DNA of 64,000 nucleotides from Lama guanicoe. Its lineage: Eukaryota. The stretch spans positions 7,021,838 to 7,085,837 of the forward strand of contig MU056050.1 in assembly GCA_013239625.1 (NCBI GenBank), in the 5' to 3' direction. Positions 12,677 to 24,172 of this stretch are shown piece by piece. The position numbers and the translations under genes are program-made. Each line of letters begins with the position of its first letter. Position 1 is the stretch's first letter. The notes beneath the pieces are model-generated. The model was given only the letters and a program-made list of their open reading frames with translations. It ran no database searches and was not told the DNA's origin.

Positions 12677-15499
12677 AACTAAGTCGTTCAGGTATGGCAG
12701 CACTGCTTGCAGCTGTGCGACCCAAGCTGAAAGCCTTCCTGGCACTTTCCAGGCCTGTCTACTCCTGTCCTTTTGAGGATTGCCTCAATCCCAGTTCCTC
12801 CAGGAAACTTATCCTGATCACTCCAGCTCACAGCAAGGGCTCCCTTCTTTGAACCCCTAGAGCACCCAAAATATGTGATGACACGCTGTTTTACTGGTGT
12901 CACACTTTTGCTTCTAAGTTAGTCTTACCTTCCCAGCAGGGCTGCAGGGCCCTCAAGAGCAGAGTTTAAAGCCCACACTGCCTGCCAGATGCATCTGTAT
13001 GTGAGGCGTGGCTTCTCTTTTCATTCCACAATGCTTATCAGAAGCATTTATCAAACCCTCCTTTTCTCCAGCTGCCTTTTTGTACTTCCTTAGCTCTGAT
13101 TTTCAGTATTTATGAGAACCTCTATGTAGGACACAATGTCATGCTTCAGAAAACATTTATTTTTTGAGGAAGGCCAGCATGCTTATTGATGTCAGGTGTC
13201 GCAGCCTCAGCTTCTGTCTTGGTGAGGGGGTGAGGGTGAGGAAGATTTAGGAACATTGGCATTAGATCTTGAGAACATTTTGGATAGAGCAGACGATAAC
13301 TTCCTCATCATTTCAGACCCCTGCTTGGAAGTGCTGGGCTTATCAGAGTCTGTGAACAAACCAAAAGAGAAATATGGTCATCTGTTGGGCTTTTCAACTG
13401 AGGCTATCAGGCTAGGGGATTGATAATTTAAGATTCAGAAAGAAGCATTTATATAATAGCTTTTGGTTTTTAAGGTGCCTTCACAAGCAGTCTTTATTAT
13501 GCTCCTTCTGATACCCCTGGGAAGGAAGCCGGAGGAATTCAGTGAGGTTAGACACCTCGTCTAAGGTAACATGAGTAGAAAGTGACCAGATTTGCACTGG
13601 GGTCCAGTCTTTCTGATATCCAGGCCAGCTCTGCACTCCCTGCACCCAGATGCTTCCTGAGCCAGCTCAGCAGTGCCTTGCCTCCCTCCTGCTGGCAGAC
13701 AGCTGTCCAAAAAGCCTGATGAGCTAAACACAAGGCAAGGTAACTTTCAACTCTCAACAGTATGGGTATGCATTTCAGATGTCCAGGCAAAAGCAGTAGT
13801 GCATTAAAAAAGGCTATCATTTCTCCCTGACTGGGTAAATTTTCAGTTGACTGACCTCAAGTGATCTGTTTGTGTGAGCTGTAAAGGACTTGTGTGGCCA
13901 ATAAGAGTCTCTGTTTGGACTCATTTTTCTGTACCACTTGTTTTGTGCAAAAGGCTCTTAAAACATATCATAGTTTATGTCAACAAAATGATGGTTGTAT
14001 CTGGAAGGACAGAAATGAGCATTTATCTGTGTTGGTGATGCATTGTGACAGGATGTCATGAAAGGCACAGGGATATAAAGTAAAAGATGAAGTTCTCCTT
14101 ATAACTCTTGCGGTTACCTAGTTTTTATCTTCTCTAGCAGTATAACCTTGGGAATCTCAACGATCTATGATTAAAACTCAGGTAGCAGATAGCAAATTTA
14201 CCCACAAATAAGGGGAAAATAGTTTAGCTTTTCAGATTAATAATGCAGTACTGGAAATGTGCTGGTAGTTTAAACAAACTAAGAACAACCTAGAAATTAA
14301 TAAAGAAAAAGTCAAAATCTGCAGAGGCAAAGATAAAGGCTTGAATGGAAAGATCTTGTCTGAAAAAAGCAAGACAAAGACTCAGTTACAGAACTGAGAC
14401 ATGTACTTACTGCAAGGCCATATTCTGAAAAATAAAGCTTTGGTTTTGCAATTTGCAGATCCTGTTAAAAAGGCAGATGCCCGGACACGATCTGAGATAC
14501 TGACTGTGCAGGTCTGGGGAAGGGCCAGGATTACGCAAATAAGCTTCCTGGGTGATCGTGGTTCAAGCAGTCTCTGAATGACACTTTGGGACACTGCCCC
14601 TGATTTGTAGTCACTAACAGAGTCTGCATAATGTTCAAGATTGGCACTGTATAGATTAACAGCACACACAAAGCTCATCCCTAGGGGCACAATGAAGCCT
14701 TTAGCTAACAAGTTGTACTCCTTTCAAAGCAAAACTGCTGAAAAGAGAAATCAAGTAGTAGATGTGGCATTCACAGTGTACTGGAAGTAGGAGTTAGATA
14801 TTATGTCAAAATGAAGCCAGGTTGGTGAAACCAGCTCTCCTTCCAGATACCCTGATGCTGCTTTGATCAGCTTGTGGGCAGCACAGTGGGGTTCACATGG
14901 TTGGCACTGGTCACCCTGGAGAGAGAGACATGCCTGGGGCATTTGTGGCCAAGATGAATGGGCCACAATACATGCAGAGTGCTACAGAATAACACTTCAC
15001 ACCATGAACTGATTCGGATCCCCAATAAAATCATATTTGTAAAAAATACACTGTAAATTGTAATGGGCGTGTGTTGGGCCATAAGTGCCCCTTTTCTTGT
15101 GGGTTTTCATAAACAGGCATCATTGTAATTCTAATAAATTATCCTCTGTGGGGCTTTTTACTATTTTGAGCATCTCACCCCAAGGTGAGCTATTAGTGCA
15201 TTTCTTCCTCCAGCAGCCCTTATGAGAGTTAAAATGTTATCTGAACTTATACCTGCTGCCCGAGTGAGTTCCTATAATGTGCAGAATGCAGGGTTGGGAG
15301 ATGTCCCTGCCAAACTAAAGGCACAGAAGAATGTGATTTTACTATCTGACTGGACACATTAGTTGGCAACGTAGATGGGATCTTTTTTCTACTTGCTGCT
15401 GAACTCTGCAGGTTGTCCTTGGTCACTGCCCAATTCTGAGATGCAATTCTGAGATGTAGCCCTGACTGGCAGGAAGAAAGAATGTGGGATGAAAGCCAC

Positions 15500-15720
15500 A
15501 AGACCTGTGAGGTTTGAGCCCTGGCTCAGCCACTTGCTGGCTGTGCAACCTCACGCAGGTCATTTGCCTCCATTTTCTCCTCTGTAAGGCACTTCAAGAC
15601 GCGCAGAGGGAGCACAGTATGATAAGCTATTTCGCTTTAGTGACTGTTGTCAATACAATGGAGATGATGCTCCACACGGTGGATGTGAGAAAAACACTTA
15701 GTACAATGCCTGGTACCTGT
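15500..15720. mobile_element. MIR SINE remnant
   Basis: agacctgtgaggtttgagccctggctcagccacttgctggctgtgcaacctc...aaaacacttagtacaatgcctggtac. Confidence 0.55.
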
Positions 15721-16839
15721 CACCCCGTTGCTGTGAGGTTCAAGTCAGAGAACTGCATACTAATCTGCAAACTGTAATCTTTATACATAGTAAGTAATCT
15801 TATTTCAACCCCATATTGGTGGTGGGTGGGGTGCTGCAAGGCAGGAGCCACACACTGTAAGGGGGTGAATGATCAGAACTTCTATAAACAAAATGACATA
15901 ATTGGGAGCTTTATTATAAAATGATACATATGTTTTACCTGGAGTGCTGTCATTTGAAGCATATAGGCTGGCCAGGGCACTTTCGCGTTGGTAGAGAGTG
16001 ACAAACTGCTGAGATAAAGGTGAAATATTAGCTTCACTTCTGCCTTCTGTTGGGCAGTGAACACTACAAACACCCAGAAACTCTCAAGGGATGGAGCACA
16101 ACCACTGTGACATTGTACACAGTAATCTCAGTGCTCTGCAGTCTCAGAATTATTTTCTGGGACCTTGGCTGTTTCCAGGCGTGACTTCTCATCATTCTTG
16201 CTAATTACGACACCCAGGATTGGCCCCAGACTTGGACAAGGGCTTCCCCTGTAGGATAATTTCAAGGGCTTAAGCGTCACAAAAAATGTCAGTCAATCTG
16301 CCCCCTCCCTTGTGGAGCTTGGAATAAAGCAAACATATTAGATTCTTCTCTGAGCAAAGATAATGATAGCGGAGGTCTTAAGGGGAGAAGGAGGAAAGGG
16401 GAGGTCCATTTTAATAACCCGATCTCCTTTTAAATAATTCTTAACAGTTGTGAGGTCCAGAGCAAGACTGGGGTGGAGTGGGGTTGCTGGAGACCGGAGG
16501 TGGTGGGGCAGAGATAGTGGCTCACTTGCTGGCTGTGCTCTGTGGACCCTCATCACCTCCTGGAATGCAGGAGCAGCATGATCCCAGAAGGGCACAAAAT
16601 AGGCTGGTCGGGGGGTGGCTGGGCTGCAGGGTAGCCACTCCATGGTGGTGGCAGTTAACAAGGAAGTGGCAAATCAATGAAGTAAGGCCTGAATCCATGT
16701 GAGATGAGAGAAGCAAGTTTCATGTTAATGGGGTGGAGGGCAGAGCATTGTTAAAGTTCTGGATTCGAGGCAGTTTATGGATTAAGACATTGCAAAACAA
16801 GATACTTAAAGGGATAAACTGGGACGGGGACAATCTGAA

Positions 16840-17005
16840 GAACTGGTTTTCAATGCTGGCTGCACAACAGAACAATCTGAGGAAATATTAAAAATAGGCA
16901 TGCTTGGGCCCCACCCCAATAGAACAGGAATCCCTGAGGATGGGGCAAGTATTGGTCTCTTTTCTAAGTTGCCCAGGTGCCTCTAAGGTGCAGCTGGGCT
17001 GAGAA
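16840..17005. mobile_element. MER5-like hAT-Charlie element
   Basis: ctggttttcaatgctggctgcac...tgcttgggccccacccc...aagttgcccaggtgcctctaaggtgcagctgggctgagaa. Confidence 0.6.
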
Positions 17006-17071
17006 TTCCTTATCTAAAGGAAGGAGAAGGGGCAGATGCGACTAAATGGCCTCATAGGAGTACGTTAAGCC

Positions 17072-17248
17072 AATGGTCCACAACATGGGCTGTACGATAC
17101 AATCACCTGGGCAGCTTTTAGAACTCCCAGGGCCCAGGCTGCAACACAGACCAACTGAATCAGAATCTCTGGGGGCTGAATCTGGGCATCAGTTGTATTT
17201 AAAGTTTGCCAGATGATTCCAATAGGCAGCCAGGGTTGAGAACCTCTG
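17072..17248. mobile_element. MER5A-like hAT-Charlie element
   Basis: aatcacctgggcagcttt...cagaccaactgaatcagaatctctggggg...ccagatgattccaataggcagccagggttgagaacc. Confidence 0.75.
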
Positions 17249-17636
17249 CTCTTTGCAGTGGTTCCCAAATAGGGCCACACACCAGATTCATGGTGAGAGG
17301 GGCTGGGGAACTCCTGACGCAGAGACTAAATTTGGCTCCGATACCTAAGTCTGTTCTTTCGACAAACGTGTGTTGGGCATCTACTTAATTTCAGTCTTGT
17401 GTTAGGTGCTGGGCCTACATCTATGAACAATACAAAGCCCTTGGCATCATGGAGCTAATTTCAAGTGAATACATAGTCTACTGGACGGTGAGGGCAAGAT
17501 TATCTGTCTGCTTCGTTTACTGCTAAATCTCCACCGCCTGGCACATAGGCACCTGATTAGTAATTGTTGAATGAATGAATGATTAAATGGTGATCTAAGT
17601 GCTATGAAGAAAAATAAAGTGGGATAAGGGGGCACA

Positions 17637-17662
17637 GTGTGTGTGCGTGTGTGTGTGTGTGT
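17637..17662. repeat. (TG)n microsatellite
   Basis: gtgtgtgtgcgtgtgtgtgtgtgtgt. Confidence 0.9.
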
Positions 17663-18774
17663 TTACTCATGCTGGAGGGGGGTTAAAGTGAACCAAGAGG
17701 AAGCAAAGGTGATCCAAAATAGAGAGGAGGATCTTGGAGGATGTGTAGCCTCAGCCATCATTGAAGACTTCCTAAGAGGGCCTCAGGGGAAGGGAATTTC
17801 CTGGGATCACACTAAGGAGATGGCCAGATTTTTGCAAAGTGGCCTGCCTGTAAAGGGTACCTTGCAAAGTAGTTAGAATCAGCATGCATTTCCCTCAAGA
17901 AATGCCCCTTCCTCTTCAAAGCATCTGTTCCCTCACTGCCCCCACCAGGCACTTCACGTGGGTCTACCCGGTGGTGCACTGTGACTCACTCCTGTTCAGC
18001 TTTTCTCCAGAGGCTACAGGAACTGAGCTACTGAATGCAACTGTCCTATGGGCTTAACTCTGTGTGCTTCCACAAGGACAGTGACTTAAATCAGGGGTTG
18101 GCCCCCGCTGGGAGAGATGTAGGTGTGGGAAGGCGTGAACAGGGCAGTGCTTCTTGACGCCCCTCAAAGCACACCACATAGGCCATCACTTATTTCTATC
18201 AGGGTTCCAGTGGCTCGCGATGAGGGGCCAGTGAAAAATATTTACCTCAGTACTGCTTAAATTATCCGGATCTGGACATTCAAAACTTTCTGTGATCAAA
18301 ACACAATGTTGGAAAATAGTTATTTCTGAGACATGTACATATTTTGGTACAAAAATAATCTCAATGATTTCATCAGAGAATCACAGAAATTAGGGAAACA
18401 AAAAAGCTGAAAGAGATGAGAGCCACTAATTCTGGGCACAGGTCCTGGCTCTACTCAGAAACTGGACAAGACGGAGTGCGACGCAGTGGAAGGACACTGG
18501 CTGGAACATCATCTCTAAAATAAGAAATTAGGCTGTGGTTGATTTCTAAGGAATACAGCTCTCTGGTTTTAGATAGTTTAAAAAAAAAGTTAAATGAGGC
18601 AGCCAGCTAATGGAATGCTAGATAGGAAGGTGCTGGTCTCAGGAAAGAGTTACTTTCTGTGAAAATCAGGAGAGTGTGGAGGCACCCCCTGAGTTCCAGG
18701 AGACCTCCGAGACTGAATTTGGCCTAAGGGGGCAGAAGTGATACCAAGAAAGAAGTTTCAAAAAGACCCACAGT

Positions 18775-18970
18775 TAGGGAGGCATCTGGTAGTAAAAAGA
18801 GCACTGGACTTGTTTGGAGTCAGAAAAATTGAGTTTGAGCCTTAGTTTTCACTATTTAGAGAGCGCAGTGAACACTGGCAAGTTACTTTATAACTTCTGT
18901 TTCTCATAGTACAATGGGGATATGACTAGTTTCTCACAAGAGGACCAAATGAAATCATGTGTATGCATTT
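18775..18970. mobile_element. MIR SINE remnant
   Basis: gggaggcatctggtagtaaaaagagcactggact...ggagtcagaa...gagtttgagccttagttttcactattt...ggcaagttactt. Confidence 0.55.
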
Positions 18971-19080
18971 GATATGCATTTTATACATATATAATCACAA
19001 AGGACCAAGATGAGATGACTCTCTAGATTATCCTTTGGGCCAAGAGTTCTAGAAAAAAAAAACAGTAAAAGCTCACTTAC

Positions 19081-19144
19081 CTTGAACATGGGGGAGATAC
19101 CATTAGTTGAATTTTCTGATGAAACTAGTTAACTAGAATATCCC
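19081..19144 (-). other. Candidate downstream non-coding or degenerate exon of the FSIP2-like gene
   Basis: Strong donor CAAG|GTAAGTGAG at 19081/19080, but weak acceptor aaatatAG|GGG. Confidence 0.25.
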
Positions 19145-19230
19145 CTATATTTTATTATCAGTCGCTAGTTGTTCTAAAGTGTCTGAATATACTTTCCTCC
19201 CTTAGGAAGTCTTGTACACTGCACATATTT

Positions 19231-19338
19231 AAACTGATATTTTTTAATGGTAGTACTGGGGATTGAACCTAGGACCTCATGCATGCTAAGCATGCACTCT
19301 ATAATTGAGCTATACCCACTCCCCACAAAAAAACTGAT
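19231..19338 (-). mobile_element. tRNA-derived SINE (camelid Vic-type)
   Basis: The minus strand reads GGGTATAGCTCAATTATAGAGTGCATGCTTAGCATGCATGAGGTCCTAGGTTCAATCCCCAGTAC (A and B boxes) followed by an A tail. Flanking direct repeat aaactgat at 19231-19238 and 19331-19338. Confidence 0.85.
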
Positions 19339-19544
19339 TTTTTTTTGATGATTGGGGCCATTTGTGTTTATTAGGGCCATCATTCTAAATATCCATTTTT
19401 AAGTGTCTAGGCTAAATGCATAGCAACCCTTCTGGATACATCTAGGATGTTGTTTTGATGAAGAGGGCACAAAAAAATTCCAGATATTTGCGAGTTCCAG
19501 CTAATCAGAATCAAGTTGAGATTACTGGCCACTCTGTGAAATGA

Positions 19545-20520
19545 AGAATTTATATCACCAGCCCTGACCTCCCCACTGAATTCTAGACTTAACTATTCAA
19601 CTGCTTATATGATCTCTCCATTCAAATGTCTCAGTCTCACACAGTGCAAACAGAATTCCTGTCCCGACTCCCTTCCCTGCCTTTTTCTCTGAATTTTTCC
19701 TGTCTCAGCAAATGGGACCATAAGACACTGGGTTGCTCAAGCCAAAATTGTGGTAATCATCTTTATTTGTCTATTTTTTCTCACATCCAACATCCAGTCC
19801 ATCAGCAGGTCCTGCTGACTTTACCTTCAAGATATATTCTGAATCTGTTCACTTCTTACCATCTTCACTGCTGCCCTCCTAGTCCAAGCCACAATTATTC
19901 TTCGCTGGATTATTATGAAAACCTTCTAACAGGTCTCCCTGCTTTAATCCTATCTTTACTCAATTAATTCACCAAACAGTGCTCAGGAGAAAATTAAAGT
20001 AGGGAAGGAGGACAGGGAGTGCTGGGGTGGCATTGGGGGTCACATTTTTAAAGAGGGTGCTCAAGAAGGCTTGACTTAGAAGATGATATTTGAGCAACGA
20101 CCTGAAGAAGGCGAGGAGAGAGCTATGCAGATACCTGGGAAAATGTTTGAGGCAGTGCAGGAAGTACAAAAACCCCAAGATAGGAAAATACCTGGCATGT
20201 CTGAGCATTCATGTGGCTGGAGTGGAGTGATTAAGAGGGATCATAAGGAGAGGTGGGCAGAGAGGTCATGGGAAGGGAGAGTGGTATCCCGACCATGAAG
20301 AGCCTTGTAAGCCATTGTAAGGACCCTGGCTTTTACCCTGGGTGAGATGGAAGTACTCATTCCTACCTAGAACTATTGTGCTTGCTACCCACCCCCCATT
20401 AGAATGAGGGTGAGGACTCTGTCTCTCTTATTCACAGCTGTATCTTCAGAGTTTAGAAGTGTCCAGCACAAAGAAAGTGCTCTGTGAATCTCTGGTGAAT
20501 GTGAATGAATGAACAAATGA
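19545..20520. mobile_element. Cluster of L2 LINE fragments in both orientations
   Basis: cagccctgacctc...ccagtccatcagcaggtcctgctgactttaccttcaa...ctagtccaagccac...aacaggtctccctgct; an opposite-orientation block at ~19990-20350; tgaatgaatgaa tail at ~20500. Confidence 0.7.
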
Positions 20521-20816
20521 ACTGGGCAGGTGCAATATTACCAAAGGATATAGGAACTAAGTGTGACTCAGTGCCATGAAGTTGAAGAAAACAATGGCAG
20601 TACATTCAGGTTTAGGAGACTTGGGATCTACATTCTGACTCTGTGTGACCTTGGATAAGTCACTTCCCTACCCTGAACCTCAGTCTCTTCATCTCTAAAA
20701 TGAGGTTATAATAGCTTTTTTCTATCTCTAACAGCCTATGATCCCATAATACAGGAAACACATCAGTGATATATCATCCTCTGACTGACCTATTTATGGA
20801 ATTCTGGCAAACCTAC

Positions 20817-21025
20817 CTCCAGTCTATGGTTCATCTTTTAATGAATATTATTTCCAGTCCCAAGTCAAGAGGCTAGCTTTCTTGAGTAACTTCTTGAGTG
20901 GGTGCAGGCTTGAAATAATCAAAGCCAACTCCAGCTCTGTGGTTTGAGTTCCAAGGCCATCTTTGCAATAAACGTGATACTCCTACCTCTAGGCCAGTAC
21001 TGTGATTGTTAGAACCACACTGACC
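20817..21025 (-). CDS. Candidate FSIP2-like stop-containing exon (stop at 21009-21011; remainder UTR or degenerate)
   Basis: Acceptor ctctattcttttaaacctcaaAG|GG and donor GAG|GTAGGT. Joined in phase 1 it reads GSVWF*. Confidence 0.4.
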
Positions 21026-21558
21026 CTTTGAGGTTTAAAAGAATAGAGGAACAAAACTCAACTCATGTTTTAATGAGTCAGTTCTAACAGAGACAAAAAA
21101 TAAAGTGGGGTCCACCCTAGCCAGGATTTAATATAAGCAAATAAATTTAGGTTTAATATTTAGCTTTAAAAGCTTTTAAATATATTTTACCAGGGCTAAG
21201 CTAGTTATACAAAGCAGATACTCAAAGAGATGATTAATCCTAGTAGCATGGGCTCTAGTCCACATATAGATGTGATAAACCCTTAATTGATGGATATTAC
21301 AGCAACATGGTACCTGTAAACTCATAATATCACACCATATACTATAAATTAATGAAATCCTATTAGTGTTTCAGAAAAAGCAAACTTGTTGGCTCATGTT
21401 AACTAGTTAACTGACTCAATACTCCCCCAAAATAGATCAACCTACTGGAAAACTCAGTATTAACTTCAGGTTTGATAATAGGAAAATTCATCAATGCAAT
21501 GAACAAAGTCTCTTTTTAAATACTATCTAATTTAAATTAAGAAAAAAATCAATCAAAC

Positions 21559-21605
21559 CTTCTGTTATTTTGGCACTTGGATCTGAAGGACGCTCATCAT
21601 CATTA
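21559..21605 (-). CDS. FSIP2L: FSIP2-like exon (47 nt, phase 2 to 1)
   Basis: Pyrimidine tract then AG|T AAT GAT GAT GAG CGT CCT TCA GAT CCA AGT GCC AAA ATA ACA GAA G|GTTTGA; encodes NDDERPSDPSAKITE. Confidence 0.8.
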
Positions 21606-22709
21606 CTAAAAAAAGATAAAAGACGTTTCATTTTCCTTATATTTTATATAAAAGAATACTAGTTAAAGAACAATCTGTCAAAGTCATTACTCATATAGAT
21701 GCAAACATGAAATGGTATATCTCTGAGTTCTTAAATCAAATAAAAATGACTGCCACATTGAGTTTACTTAGTTTTATATGTTCCCCCTTCTCTCATGCAA
21801 CGATACAAATAATTGAGATTTGCTTGCATTACTAATGATGTATGTTAAAACAATCATGAGAGGAGACAGGGCCAGGGGTGGGCCAGGAGTAAATGTCCTA
21901 AAATGGCATCAGGTCAAAAGGAAATCTTAATTTCATAGTGCCAGGTGGAAAAGAATATAGTTACAACCAGGTGGATTTTTCTCCTTATACCTTGTTTCTC
22001 CCATGATACAATGTGCTACTGTTCCCAGTTTGTGAGTACTCTTATAAACATAAGAACAGTTTTAGACACATTTTGGCTATTCTAGAAAAAGTGCTAATCA
22101 GACTTCAAGTCTGCATTGTACTTTGTCCCTCCCTGTCCTCTATAGATATTGTCCAGCCTTTCTCTTATGGTCTTCTCCAACTTGCATGGTCTTATTTAAA
22201 TCTTATCCATCCTTTAAGGCCCAACTCAAATTCCACTGCTTTTGAGAATTCTTCCCTGAATGCTCCAACTTACACCACCCCCTCCATTCTGGGGAGTCTT
22301 CAGACAGTGCCACACTGTTGAGCATTGAGGCACATACTGGAACTAAGTGGGAACCCCTTTGGGCAGGCCATTAGTGTGGGCACTATTGACTCAGGGCCTG
22401 TCTCCCAGGTTCGAGAACCTAACACATTAAAGACTTAATCGAATTATGCTAACCAGATCACTATTCTAGAAAGCAGGTCCCAGGAGAAGGAAGTAGAAAC
22501 CAGATAAACAGGAATGGGAGAGAAGATGGGAAGGGGAGGCCCAGGAAGTAACCACAGAGGGGAGCTAGGGAGGGAGTGAGGGGAGGTTGAAGGGCTAAAC
22601 ACTGGCTTCCTCACAGGTTTACTTGAGGGGCCCATTCTTCCCATCAACATAATTTTCATTTCAGATTTCTATTTCCTTAGCTAACTAGTATTGCTTTAAC
22701 TGACTGTAC

Positions 22710-22810
22710 CTAGAAAATGAAGGCAGGTCCTCTTCATTGTATGAGGATGAACTCATAATTCTATGTATGAAGTAATGTGTAGGTTCGGAACTGGATTTCA
22801 CTTCTATTCC
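22710..22810 (-). CDS. FSIP2L: FSIP2-like exon (101 nt, phase 0 to 2)
   Basis: tacttttccAG|GGA ATA GAA...TTT TCT AG|GTACAG; encodes GIEVKSSSEPTHYFIHRIMSSSSYNEEDLPSFS. Confidence 0.85.
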
Positions 22811-23692
22811 CTGGAAAAGTACAAGTCATATAATATACAAAGGAGAGTTTGCAATAAGTCAAGTAAAATACACTATAGCATTTCCTTAGTCATCTTTACA
22901 GCCAGTATTTCTGACCAGGCACACTTTGGTCATGAAACTTCATATAGCTTCCCTGTAAATAAATAGATCCCAATAAATAGATCAGAGTTTGCAATTTTGA
23001 GGGCAGGGCCAACCCAAGAGGTCAGTGAGGCCCAGACCATCACAAGAAGGATACAGAGCCAGGGACAAGAGCTGTGTATCAAGGTGATAGTAGAGTTTTT
23101 GGACTGACTACAGGAGGAATATTCAACATATTTGACTAACTTGCTATGTTTCAACAAGCTAGATAAATAATTTTTAAGAAAATAGTTGGTTAAGTAACAT
23201 GTCTAAAGGTCACACAGCTACTAAGCGGCAAAGCCAGAATTCAAACCCAGGTAGGCTGAATTTGCATGAATCTTTTTACTCCCCTCCAGCCCATCTTCTG
23301 GTCCTGCCCACTGGCATGGGGTTTGTGTGCACAAGACTTCCAATGAGTATTTACAGGTCAGAGCACAAAAAAGAATGCAATCTATCATTTAAAATAATTA
23401 GCTTGCATTTCTCCTAACTGGTTTCCATTTTCCCTTTTTTCTTATCCTTCTAATTAGCCTAGGACTCTTCCCATGATCTGTTTTTGTTCAATTGAGGTTC
23501 CTGGCTACATCTGTTAATCATTTCCCTTTTGTTGCAAATATTGTCAGAGACTTGCAAATATTGGGAGAGACTGCCTAGATCCAGTTTATGCCCTTTTCTT
23601 CCTACCCAATGTATATTACTTGGACTAAGTTTGTGAAACTCTCAACCCTTCCTATAGAAACCCAGTCACTGATAGTTATATTTCTTACTTAC

Positions 23693-24172
23693 ACTCAGTT
23701 GTGTCTTTTTCTCCCAAGAGGAAGAGTTTCTGTCAGTTGAGAATTCTGAGGTAGTTACATCAACTTTAGAAACAGTTCTTATTTGTGTCTGCTCAGATTC
23801 TGTGCGTTTTGTTGGTGATGCTTCAGTAATTGCAGTTACACTGGATTTGGGGTGACAACATTTTCCCAGTGACAAATTTTTTTTCAGATTGCTCTTGCTC
23901 ATCAGTGACTCGGGGAGAGCCACTGTACTTGAAGTGGGCTTCACCTCTTCTTTTACTTGATCTTCAAGTGGGGCTTCTGGAAATTCTTTTACAACCTCGC
24001 GTAAAACAACTTCATCTTCATCAGAAGTTAAGCTCTCTTCTGAAACTTCTTGATTAATATCATGAGTTACCAACCGAATGATAAGATCTTTTTTGCTTTG
24101 GACGTCTTTTAAAAGCTCCACTTTGCTGATGTCAGGCTTTGTTAAATTTTCAAATGAATTTCTACTAGCAGT
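23693..24172 (-). CDS. FSIP2L: FSIP2-like exon (480 nt, phase 0 to 0)
   Basis: ctttaattccAG|ACT GCT AGT AGA AAT TCA TTT...CAA CTG AGT|GTAAGT; encodes TASRNSFENLTKPDISKVELLKDVQSKKDLIIRLVTHDI... Confidence 0.88.

Noticed and set aside
9430..19000. Many 60-113 aa ORFs in intergenic DNA
   Set aside because: Expected by chance or derived from repeats, with no consistent splice or homology support.
19250..19324. tRNA gene calls here and at ~46930-47005 and ~62940-63015
   Set aside because: A-rich tails, TSDs and degenerate stems show that these are SINEs.
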